A DNA stretch of 64,000 bases. Origin: Marsupella aquatica (lineage: Eukaryota; Plantae; Marchantiophyta). Position 1 is the stretch's first letter. Each line of letters begins with the position of its first letter. The notes beneath the pieces were generated by a model that was given only the letters and a program-made list of their open reading frames with translations, was not told the DNA's origin and ran no database searches. Where the stretch lies: positions 15,283,037 through 15,347,036 of the forward strand of contig OZ316891.1 in the NCBI GenBank assembly GCA_973895155.1, given 5' to 3'. Both the position numbers and the translations under genes were made by a program. This document shows, piece by piece, positions 25,368-37,157 of the stretch.

Positions 25368-28300
25368 TGGCCTTGGGCCCAAGAGGAGCTCACTCCCAAG
25401 CCCTCAGAACTCAAAGTCCATCCGACGGTCCGGACGGCCATCCTTGAGCCTGGCCCATTTCCCCTTGACCCAACCAGCCATAGGCTAGTCCAAGTCCTTA
25501 GTGTGTGTCCCCAGCTTGGCCCCTTGCCTCGCTAGCGCCACGTCTCATTGCCCACAAGTCTCCCCATGCTAAGTCCTCCCCGGATGGCCTATCCGGGCCT
25601 GGACCATAAGGGAGCTTGGCGTCGGAGTCAGCGGCGCCGGAGCTAAGTGTTAAGGTAGTCGAGTTCCGCGACTTGAACTCAGACATGGGCTGGAATAGGA
25701 TTGATGAGTCAAAATTATGACTATAGCTATGAAGGAAGGCATACTGAACTCTACCAACTGGATCTAGGTCATTACAACCCAAGTTAGTGGTCTTCACTTA
25801 GGATCCTAGCAGGGACACCAAAGAGTATCAACCAATCCATAAGTCAAGCCAAAGCCATGGGAGGAGGTATTGAAGACATCTCAACCTTAAATCAGCCCAC
25901 CATTCCAAAGATGGCATCATGTTTACCATAATCTCACCTGAACTTCCATTCAAGTAACTTGAACTCCTGGTGTAATCTACTTAACCTTTTTACTGTGGAA
26001 ACGGAATTATTTCATTCGCAAACAATTTGGAAGGCACATTAGCCTAGCCCATTCACACGCTTACCAATCCTCTCCCACACTTGAACCTGAGAACTGGTGG
26101 TCCTTTCTTTGCCCATCCTATCTTAAACAATTCCAGAATTGACCGAGTGTGACCTATGAGGATATTAGTTTTTCTAGAGCAAGTGAATTTTACCTTTCCA
26201 CATGTACCAAGTTGTGACAATGTGCAACACACCTCAACATGAATTTGTGGAAATGTATCCAATGTGCTCCAACTTCTCATGTAGGAGAGCTTGTCCTGGC
26301 TTGACTCTTGGCTGTCTTTGGCACACATTTGCCACATATGGTCCACATCAAAACATTCCTTGAATTAAAATTTTAGGAATTTGGAGTTTGGTAAATTTAA
26401 TGTGTATGTGTGGTAAGTGTTGTAGGGCAAAAACCTTTGAGCATGTACATTCATTTGTCAATTGGCCAATGTGTTAATTTGCAGATTGAAAGTAAAGTAC
26501 ACATTGGCACAAGAACTTGTCGCTATGAAAATTTAGCTCTCATCTAGGGGCCCCTTAAAGTCAAGATGGAAGAGTGTCAAGCATCTATTGATGCAAAGAT
26601 TGAAGGCACAATGAAGTGAGTGTGAATATCCATGGTGATAGTCAAAGGGCATTACATCTTCTTGTGACAAACTAGATAATGGACAGTAAAGTAAAGCACA
26701 TTGGAGTTAGATATAATTCATTAGGAAGATTTTTGGATAAAATATTTGAACTATTCAAGATTGGCAAACTCAATTCTGGATTAAGTTGGCGCCTTTACTA
26801 ATGCAATTCATTTGGAGAGATTTTTCAAACATTGCACCACATTGCAGATTGTGCAATTGTATCACAAGTAGGGTAAATGAAAATTTTCTAGTTATCTATG
26901 ATATGAGAACTCGTTCTCTTTTTGGCTACAATTAGTTGTTGTTAACCTCTTATGATAAAGGGAAAACCTTGTATAAGCTTCTGTCTAGAACTTCCCATTG
27001 AGTAATCATGTAGGTAGTATATAGGCATGATGCTCCGCTACACTACATTTCAAGGAATTTATAAGGCATTCACTCTTGAATATATACTTATATGCATAGT
27101 AAATCTAACCATAGTCAAATAGTTGATGAAGGTAATTATATGTGCCAGTACTCTCTTCATCAACAAGACTTAGTTTGTGAATAAAACTTAGGCTCATTGT
27201 TACCGAGCCATCTAAGAGACAATGAAAGTTTAGCCTAAAATTCAGTAACGTTGTCTTGTGTTCCCATGGCACACTTAGAACATATTGCATCCTGGCATAT
27301 GTAATCACCCTCAAGTTGTCTGGGAAAAATATGGGTGTGTTAATATGATCAAACAAACAAATCACTTGATGATGGACTTGGGGCCAGTTGAGCGATGTCT
27401 TGTCTAGGGTGGGTTTCCATCCCTTGCCCCCCCAAAAAGTAGTTTTTCAAAGAAAACTAAGGCTAATTATGGCAAAATAGGATGGGGATTCAAAATCCTC
27501 AAAGGCCAAGAGAAACCCAAGAGATGTGAGATGTGGGTGACCATACCTTTAGTTTCTTCCTTCCTTAAGTTTCCTTTTTGTCCGTTTGATAGATCATACT
27601 TCTTGATTGTCAGTTCTTGAAGAAACTAAGGGGCATTTTTGTTACCTGGCATTTTGAATATATATTTTTGGTGGAAAGGCTTGCCTATTTTACCCTTTTA
27701 TTTGTTTACTTGACATGTTACTTTTCAGTTTTAGGTTGTTATTCTAGTTATTGGTTCTAATTGTTTTTCTTTGCCTGGCTTGCCTCAAACGCAAATAGTT
27801 AAGCTTGGTTCTTCTTGAATAACTTCTTGTTTGTGACAAATCATGCTGATATGGCTGCATATGCATCCAAAATTTTTGGAAGGAACTTCCCATGGGGGTC
27901 CGTAATCAGCTTTCTTGGATAATCCAGGGAATTTGAAATTGGATTGACCACAAAATGCTTCTACATTTGCATTGCACCAACTTGTAAAATGATATGCTTT
28001 TTTGCACATGTACTTCATAGTTGTCTTTCTTAAGTGAAAATTTGAATTTCGATCCCCTTTGTGCTTTTTTTGGTTCATATTTTCTGGTGCTTTATGGAGA
28101 AGAATGTACAGTCCACATTTGGATAGGGGTATAATTAGATTTCTCTTATTTAACAAAAGTAGGCCTCTAACTGAAGCCCTCGTTTTCAGGGCATTATGAC
28201 CCATAATGCTTGGTTACCAGTACTTTACTGCATATATTTTCCCTTGGGACGCACTGGTCAATCTTTGAAAAACGTGTGCATAGAGACTTGGAAGAAGGAG

Positions 28301-31300
28301 TATTGGACATCTTAGCTGGTCAATATTTGAAAGAATATGTGCACATGGACGTGGAACAAGTGATCATAACCAGCAAGGAAGTGTCCAAGTAGGTTCCATT
28401 GACTTCTACTATTTAAATTAACATTGTTTGGGGTTATTTGTTTTTGATTATATGGAGAGGAATTGCAATGATTATTCTTATACACCCCTCGAATCCTTGT
28501 AATCAAAAGGTATAGATTTCGTACCTGCTACTGTAGTTATGTAAAGTTACCACATGATCAACAATTATAGGAGACTTTTAAGTACACCACAAATAAGACA
28601 GATTATTAGACTGGACTTTTGGGCCCCCCATGCTCGAAGTCAAGACTTGCCCACATGGTTGACGGTCAGTCTAATAAGAAGTTTGGAAACCTATTGGGAA
28701 GCTACTAAATAGCCAAAATGCTTTTCCGTTACAGGCTGTTTCCATCATTCAATTGCTTTAGAATCTGGAAAGGAAAGCTAAGAGCGACACGTAGGACAAG
28801 GAATTGTATGATGTGGGGTAAAGAGAAATGTTGTTTGGAATTGAGTTCCATTGAGGGCTAGTTGAGAGAACATAGGAGCTTTGGATAGGAGTTACCCTCC
28901 TATGTGGTTTAGTCAGGAGCTTTACTAGACTTTGCAGTTTATTGATTAGTATGGCTTTAGTTCCTTTGCCTTTGTGGGGGGCCCTTGGGCTCTTTGGTGT
29001 TCTTGGAAATTTCTCCCCTTTATTGCCTCATGCTTTTTGAATCATGTTTTCCCGTTTGATGCTTTTTGTTCTTTGGCAGTGTGAATATGTAATTGAGATG
29101 GGATGAATAGAGTAGTTTTTCAAATTATCTGATACCAAATTTGCCACCATTCTGATGTGCACTATTGAGTAGTAGGTTTTCCAAGAAGGGAAACCTTGTA
29201 TGATGAAGAACAGGAAAGTCTAATAAATGCACTTAAAGGTCATGACTCACGACCTTGTGGAATGGAGATAATGGACAATCTTCATGGCATCCAACAGGTG
29301 TTCACATATATTCTTTGGTGGTATTTTTTGTTCAAACTGCCACTGTCCCCAAAGCCAAAAAACCTGGTGGATCTAGGTTACCATAAGTAGTTGATGATGT
29401 TCTTACCATAAGTAGTTGGTGATGTTCTTAACATAGTAGAAAAGTATACTATTTTGTACCTGCCACAGCTAGGGGGCAGTGGCAGTTTAAGAGAAATGGA
29501 ATGTTCGCATTTATGCTTTCTCTGGGCCACATCAACCATCAACAGGATAAGAGTAATACTGCAAAAAACTAAGGTAGCATCAGTCTAGCCAAAGAAAGAA
29601 CTGAATGAAAACACCACTAAGGGAATAAACGAGGGAAAATATAGGGGATCACTACAAACTGACAACCAGAAGCACGAAAAGAGCTGAACGCACCCACCAA
29701 ATGAGCTGAAAACACAATGAAATGAAGGACACTCTAAACAGGAAATCAAAAGACCGCTCAAAGCTCAGGACCTGAAGGACACTCTAAACAGGAATCACAT
29801 CATCTGAATGGCTGTCGTAAGCTTTGAGCGGTCGTTCTGAAGCAGAACAGAAGGTGACTTACATTTTACAATCTCCTCACCTCCCCAGCCTCTAGTAGGA
29901 GATTAAATCGTGCTTAGACAGAATCGCAGGCCGATCACGTGTGATGCCATAATGAAGCTTCAATGCTGGTTTTAGGAAAGCAAAGCACAAACCTCTCCCT
30001 AGTTCTTATTGTGTAAACATGTTTTGCTACCAAGGTTGACAGGTAAAACGATGCTCGGGACAGCATGCATCTACACGTTCAAAGAACTATGCCAGCTAAG
30101 ATAGACCGACGAGGAAACACTCATGAATCTTCAGCAGCGCGGATCTCTCAATCCTCTCTCACCATCGGATCCAACGTAGTGATTTCGTGCAATGAAACTT
30201 GAAACGACACCTGCCATCTTGGTTGCCCGGAGTTCGATGCAAAAGCATGAGAACCATGGGCTGGCTCTTCACATCTCGAGCACTTAGCGGGAGCTGCATG
30301 AGCAGTGTGCATCGTCACTAACTTCATCTAGCTCACCATTTGATCACTCACCACTTCTATCACTTCATTGAAGTTGAAAAGTGTCACCTGCCACCTTGGA
30401 TGCCTAAGGTCTGAAGTGTTGTAGCCACCCTACGTGCGGAACAGTCGAAGGCTCGTAAAGTGGATTTTCGAAACCACACCTCACATGCAAGTACCACTCA
30501 CTCACACATAGAGTATCTACATTATATCTTTTGGCCCCACCTTGCAAGCCCGGCCCAGCCCCTGAGTGCATGACGGTGCCGATGACGGCTCTCCCCAGAA
30601 TGATAGGCTCGAGCTGGCAGGAGCCAAACCAATCCGTGGTTGCTTGATTTTATCCAGTGCTGTATTTAAAACAAATTAATTGTGCTCAAGTATCTTTCTT
30701 TCCCTCGAAAGATTGCGTTTCATAAAGTGAAACAGCAGACAACGAGTGGGGCAGTGGGCAGCTCACAAGTGGGAGACAAGGCCCATGGACCAAGCGGTGG
30801 GCGTCCAGGACCGGGTTTTTTTGTGGTATTCTTATGTTCGTTGCTGGTTGGGAGTTATCCATCCACCTCTCCTGTTCGCTTCCTTGCTGCACAGGGCTCC
30901 GCCAATATGCGACGTTACCCATGAAATGACGTTTCTGAAGTGTCTTCAACCCGGGACCCCCAATTCATTGGCAAACACATCCTCTTCTTTTGAAAAACTG
31001 GAAACATGCTACGGTACTTTCGTATTCTGAAACCTTCAGACTCATATCGCAGACGAGTTTACGCAATGACGTCGAAACAGGATGACGCAGTCCACACGAT
31101 TCGGATGTCCAGTTGGATTCTGAAAGGTGATGATGTGTTGTTGTGTGGGCTTACTAAGCGAATGGTCCCAAGAAAATTAGATGGAAGCATGAAAAACTGA
31201 AATATCTTGATACAATGATTTTTTTCGAGAACAAAGCACAAAGGCATCCTATTAAACTCTCCAGCAGAGCTCGAGGCACTATTGTTGGAAGCAGATCACA

Positions 31301-32996
31301 AAGAATTTGAGATAGAGTATAATTTTAACGACATATCCCAATTTGCCATAAGTTAAGGAGTATTTAAGACATGTTCTGAACCTCTCTAACTAGTCTTCTA
31401 ACCATCAATCAATCTGTCCTTCCTGCTCCTTCATCATCATTCATCGGCGCTTCTTCAGGAGTTGCTCCCGGAGATTGCAAGCTTGCTCCTCAGCAGCTCT
31501 CAATGCTTTCTCCTTAGACCTTTCTTTCAATGGGTTTTGTGTTGCTCCTGTCTCCTCGACCACTCGTTCTCCTTCCCGAACAATGAGAGCCCATTGCCGT
31601 TCTCCTTCTCTTCGACTTCACAAGATGTCGAGGATTCCCAAGATCTGGTTGGAGTGGTCGGATTCGGAGAACTGTCAACCAAATGCTCTGTCGCCAACCG
31701 ATTGCTGTCCAAAGGACTCAAGGGGGTGGGTTTGTCTGCCGTGATCTGCTCCCTAACCTTTGTAAATCGGTCTCTAATTCAATTCTGGGTGCTGGTCCTC
31801 TGGCTGGGCATTGTACCTTCATCACTGTTAAGTCTATGTCTAGGAAACTCAATGCCACACTGGGTTGCTCTGCAGCCTTCTCCTCAGATTTCGACAACGA
31901 TGGCCTTTTCACTCTCCGTCGACACATATTCTGTAGTGTCCGGAGTCCGCACGGCGTCCAATTCCGTGCCAGTGTCAGCTATCCAACCTCTGTGTCGACG
32001 GATTATTAACTTGATACAATGATAACAATGGCCCCGTTTGATTTTGAGAGTTGTTGACATTTAGTTCCTGAAAACACGGGGCTGGCCAGAGCCTTTCGAA
32101 TTAGCCCTGTTCGATGGGCGAGCGAGTTTCATGTTTATAAGAAACGATGCGTTTTTGTGGAGTCCTTGTGAATAAGGTGTGCATCGTCGAAAGGCGAGCC
32201 TAAGGAGTATATTTGTCCAGTGTCAAGGCAAAAAGTAGACTACGAATTTGGTAATCCAGGACTTTTGCTGTCCATAACCTCAAGTTAGTAGTTGAGGTCC
32301 ATGAACATTGAGGTTTGAGACCCCCTATTCAGAGTGAAACGGTCCATGAAACCTAGCATTGTAGTGCGTGGCATTAGGCCAGGAGATGGTGAGGAGTGAG
32401 ATGGTGACACAGTTCTCTCTGTCGGACTATGGGACACTTCTTGACAAAGCACGACAAGCTTGTGGATCGTTACTATAGTGATTGTTGATTGTTAGTAGTA
32501 GTTTAAAAGTCTTCCGGCTTAAGCTTGGCCATCGTATTAGCAGAATGATAATGATAGGATCCTCGAGAGTGGGAGTCTACCGACCTGTTTCTAGTACCTT
32601 GTAGCCAAGGCCACTAGTTTGGAATACTCGCCCAACAAGAATTCCCAGGCTACGAGGCTCATGTCAGGAAGGAACTATGAGGAGGCCAAATCCTGCCCGT
32701 CTAGATGCTTAGAACTGGAGGAACCTGAAAAGGCAACATAATTCTATACATCTGTCTGTATTGTGGATATTGAGATGTTCCCAACACAGATGTTACAATG
32801 AAATCTTCAGTATCATCTAGAAATAAAATTGTACACACTGTCATCCTATGTTTCTCATTTCAACGACCTTCCGCCAATCCAACTAAACAATCCTCCCACT
32901 TTCCTGTTCTCTTGCGTTCTTTCTCTTACTATATATAACACATCAAATACAAACAACAATATTCACAGTTGAGGAACACCACCCCTGATATGGCAT

Positions 32997-33977
32997 CTAA
33001 TCTACTAGTGTAAATTCAACACAGTTCCCATAGGGGTCACGGGCAAAAATGGCTCGCCGTCCAGACGAGCTTGCGAATAGGAGATTCCTGCATCGATTGT
33101 CACAAAATTGTAAGGTTTGCATGGATGACGGAAAAATAAGATCCCCACCACTGCAGAAATGTAAAAAGATGAATTCCTCAGCCATGATATCAAAAATTCA
33201 TCACAACTTTTCAAACAAGCCTCACCTGCTTTCTCCAAAACAATTTTCAGACCGTCCAAACTCTTTAGGGCTACACAGGTATGTCGATCACGGCCACCAT
33301 AGGCGGGACGGCCAGTCAGAGGGTCGGGATTTGGTAGTTCCATCACATGGATCATTTCTGCTCCAACCCAGAACCAAGCTCCACTATAGGGTAATTTGTC
33401 ATTAGGTCGATCCGGGTTGATAGCATTTTAAAGTCTCAAATCAGTATTATCATGTGATTGGTAAGCACATTTGCAGTCCTTACGGGGCAAAGAGTTTCAC
33501 TCCTTTGTAGGGCAGCAGCAAAACCTCATGCTTCAATGCCTTCATACAAGTAAATTACCCACAGTAGAGGCACCTCTTCCACATCCAGGAATGCTACTTT
33601 CCATCCCCATACAACGTGAATCCCATCAAAGAGTGAAGTATAGAATCCGTTGGTTATCATCCAGTACAAATAGCAGGAAAACCCTATGTATACTCGAGAC
33701 GTGCTTCGCCCCTTGGAAAATCAGAAACCTCGACGCACATTATCGCATAGCAAGTATGAAAATATTTCTCCCTGAAGATGCCGAAGTTGTCGTGTTGCAT
33801 TATGGGGAGATATGATATGGTTGGAATAGTTCAGAACGCTGGAAAAATTGTACGTTAATTCACCCGTCCTAAATATTGTCCAGTCCCATTCAGACAATGA
33901 TATCGTACCTAGGACTCCTTGGTAGAATTCGGCAGACCGCTCCAAATTTTCACATATCACCCCTACATGATATGCAC
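32997..33977 (-). pseudogene. VOC / glyoxalase-bleomycin resistance (lactoylglutathione lyase-like) gene, apparently disrupted; exons ~33977-33909, ~33434-33226, 33087-32997
   Basis: YHVGVICENLERSAEFYQGVLG / INPDRPNDKLPYSGAWFWVGAEMIHVMELPNPDPLTGRPAYGGRDRHTCVA...LEKAG / ISYS..SSSGRRAIFARDPYGNCVEF. There is a 1-nt frameshift near 33070-33075 and no in-frame acceptor for the middle exon. 5' exons are not confidently located. Confidence 0.8.
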
Positions 33978-36426
33978 CTCAGAAGTCGAGACATACACAA
34001 AGTGGATTGTCAGTTTGATCTCAAAGGGCGTCGCAGAGCTTAAGAAAAGAGTCTTCCTGCAATGCGAGTATTTTTAAATTTTGCGAAGTCTCCAAACTTA
34101 GTACCCACCAATAACATGAAGGTTCAATAAGGATATTGGAGCGGTGAATTTCCAAGGAGCTAGTTTTCTCTTTTGACCAATATCCGGCATATATACGAGA
34201 TAAAAAATGATCCCAGGTTAAACTTTTGTAGGTTTCAGACATCAGGATGCAACAAGTTTGCATACACCAACTCAGGTGAAGGGAAAGGGCTGAGAAAGCT
34301 GTTTACTTGGGCTAGTAGGCACTTGCGTCTGTGGAGTCGGTGACAATTCCGCATTGCTGCAGAACAGGAGAGGTAGCACATGGACTTGATCGCTGTAGCT
34401 TGACGTTGGAGAATCGGTTGACATTCTGGCTCGATAAGAACTTGCTCGGTGCAGCTCCTTTCTGCCAGTAACGGAGATCCCAAAATTGAAACAAAGGTTG
34501 CAAAGTCCTAAATTCTCATGAACAAAACAGTCCAATAAACAAAATTTTGAATGCCAGGAATTTTAAAACGTTCTGCACTCATTCACGAAAATCAATAATC
34601 ACGAGTATACAACAAAGCTCTATTTAAGGATGCCAACGTCTCAAACCATCTCATATGTACACAATCTTCATCAGTTCACACACGATGGGAAAATCTACCA
34701 CAACATGCTTGATCCTCCCTTCACAGGTCTTCTTGAAAGCGGAACCCACTGTTTCCTTAGCTAAAACGGCTCCCCAAACGGTCTGGACGACCTCAGTTCG
34801 TGATTTAGACTCCCGCTTAGACTTCCAACTCCTCATGTTGCTGATACTGAAATCTATAATTCTCCCAGAGCTTAAAAGTTTGGGCAAGGCATTTGAAACC
34901 ATCCACCGGCCCCATGTTTAGTAAAATGGCTTGATTTTAAAAAAAAGCTACATTTGGTTTTTGTATCATAGTAAATCAATTCCTTCCCATCCCAGCAGAG
35001 ATGGTGGGAGAATCAGCAAGTGAGCTACTATGGGCTAAGCAGTTATGAATCTCTGAAGTGCTTTGCCCAAGTAAACTCACTCAGGAGCACAGAGGTAGAG
35101 CTTGGACGTGATCATTAAGTGGTCAGGGAGTTTGAAATTATCATGCTTTACTCCAGGTTGCAAGCGTAGCATCAACTTCTGCCCATCATAGTACTCGAGA
35201 CGCTTGTTGTCATCGAGAGTTAGAGTAAAATGGATGATAATGACTCCCGTTGTACAATAAAAATACCTGTCATGGTCCCCAGGAACGCGGGGCTGTCTGT
35301 TGGCCTGTTTCCTAACTTCCCCTAGGAGAAGATTCTTGTCCGACGTACCTCATAGCTGCAATCAGGTTGCCTCTACTCGATGCAGCAGATTGGGGTTGTG
35401 GAATGGGCAAAGCCCGGGTCTGCTTTAGCCGCTTGCCCTTTGGACTGGAAACAATTTGATTAGTAGAGTCAATTCTAGAAGATGGCAATACAGGGGAAAA
35501 GCGTGCCGGTGGATATCTCAGGATGGGCTGATCCCCTTGTGTTGCTTGGGATAATCCCTTTCCAACAGCCCGTCGTAGTGGAGGAGAGCGTTCAGGCGCC
35601 CGGCGCATTCTTCTCGTCGGATTGTCGTCTTCGTCAGTGGATTCCTTGATGTTGGACTGTCCGGGATGGGATTGATGTTCATAAAAGCTGTATCCGGGAC
35701 TGTATCCCGGGCTCTAGTGTGAGCCCTGGGGCAAGCCACTAGCAGCCTGCCGGGAATTGGATTGACCGCCTCATTGTTAGTGATTGACCTGCACTGTGAA
35801 GATGGTTGAGCAGAGCATTCCATCTCATCTATAAAATGACAAGTAGGAGAAGATTGGCACTCTCAACCCCTCAATTGCTTGCATTGTTTTGTACAGAGGA
35901 GTGCTGCCACATGTTTGCAATGGACAAACCACACTTTAAAATTCTCTCAAATTGCTACCTCCCCTGATATGAAAAGAGCCCCAGCATCCGCACTGGTGCT
36001 TGCTATTGGGGCCTGGTCCAGCACATTGACCAATATTCAGGTCAATCATACTTGAATGAAACAAAGGCCAGCACTACAAAGTGGCTTCGGGAGAGCACAT
36101 TGCAACGGGTAGCCTTTAATTCGTTGCGAATATTTGCTAGATCCTACCTCTCTAGAACAATTTTAGTAAGTTTTTTTGTCTCGATTGCGCAGCTCTGTTT
36201 CTCTCTTTGTCGGAGAGTAATTTACCGCAAGCAACTTTATCGGGTGCTTCAGTGGACTTTCAGACAATTGGAGTGTCTCTTTCCCTCCCAATGGTCTCTA
36301 TGTGGGATGAAAGTAGGAATGGCCAAAAGTGCAGACAGCTACAGAGCAAAATGTACACCATTCGTTACTTAGTGACACGGTTCCTGGCTGTCAGTGCTGT
36401 CGGTGTACCAAAACCTTGCCATTGTC

Positions 36427-36549
36427 ATTACAGATGATCGACGAGTTGAAAAGTTTCACCTCCACAAATCCCACTTCTCTAGTGACAATAATCTGATCAG
36501 ATTTTCTCAGAAACGCTGCGCATGTCAGCAAGGGGTATGGCGTTTCTCT
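36427..36549. repeat. Copy B (left part) of the non-coding duplication, interrupted by the MULE; includes TSD GTTTCTCT at 36542-36549
   Basis: Colinear with 14658-14960. Confidence 0.8.
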
Positions 36550-36858
36550 ATTCACGGCTATTCCAAATATCGATGCACATTAATGAGGGGTGAGGGAGCG
36601 TTTACAGGGATTTACGGTAATTGGGTCGCGCTTACAGGAGTTTAGTGTTTAGGGCAGTCCGTACAATAGACGGGCAGGGTGTCCCTCGAACGACCACCGC
36701 ACTACCCGGCCTGTCCCCAAAGCCTGCACTGCCCTGTCCCTATTGCTGGCTGCCCCTCCCGGGCCCGCCCTACCCATACCGGCCATAACCCGCTCACTCT
36801 CGAATCTCTCGGGTCGCGAGCGATTTTACCTCCCCGGCCATCCGCGTATCCAGTGTGA
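36550..36858 (+). repeat. Left TIR (309 bp)
   Basis: ATTCACGGCTATTCCAAATATCG...GTATCCAGTGTGA; reverse complement of 45908-46216 with about 11 mismatches by eye. Confidence 0.96.
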
Positions 36859-37157
36859 TTTGTAGAAATGCTTGGAATGTAATGGAATGCACCTTATGTA
36901 CGCATTCAAATTCCTAATACTGTTTGAAAACCTGCTTTGAGCGGGATGGCGTGTAGGGTATGAAGGGAATGGAATGAATCGCAGGTCTCCAAATTTGATT
37001 CCTCTAAGGGAATGTACTAACTTGTCCTGCACATGTCATTCCCTGCCAAAGAATACCAAAAGAGTGTGTACTCAGGAATGGAATGTCGTGCCATGTGCCA
37101 GGTGATTAATCGTGCGGTAAGAGCTTACTAGGAAACTGAACACTTCACATTTGTGCA

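Noticed and set aside
36553-36557. CACGG termini suggesting a CACTA/CMC-type element
   Set aside because: The inverted match extends 3 nt further (ATT/AAT), the flanking duplication is 8 bp, and the transposase is MULE-type.
36394-36645. ORFs 36394-36645 (+) and 46121-46405 (-) sharing SKYRCTLMRGEGAFTGIYGNWVALTGV
   Set aside because: The shared peptide is simply the TIR read inward from both ends, not a duplicated gene.
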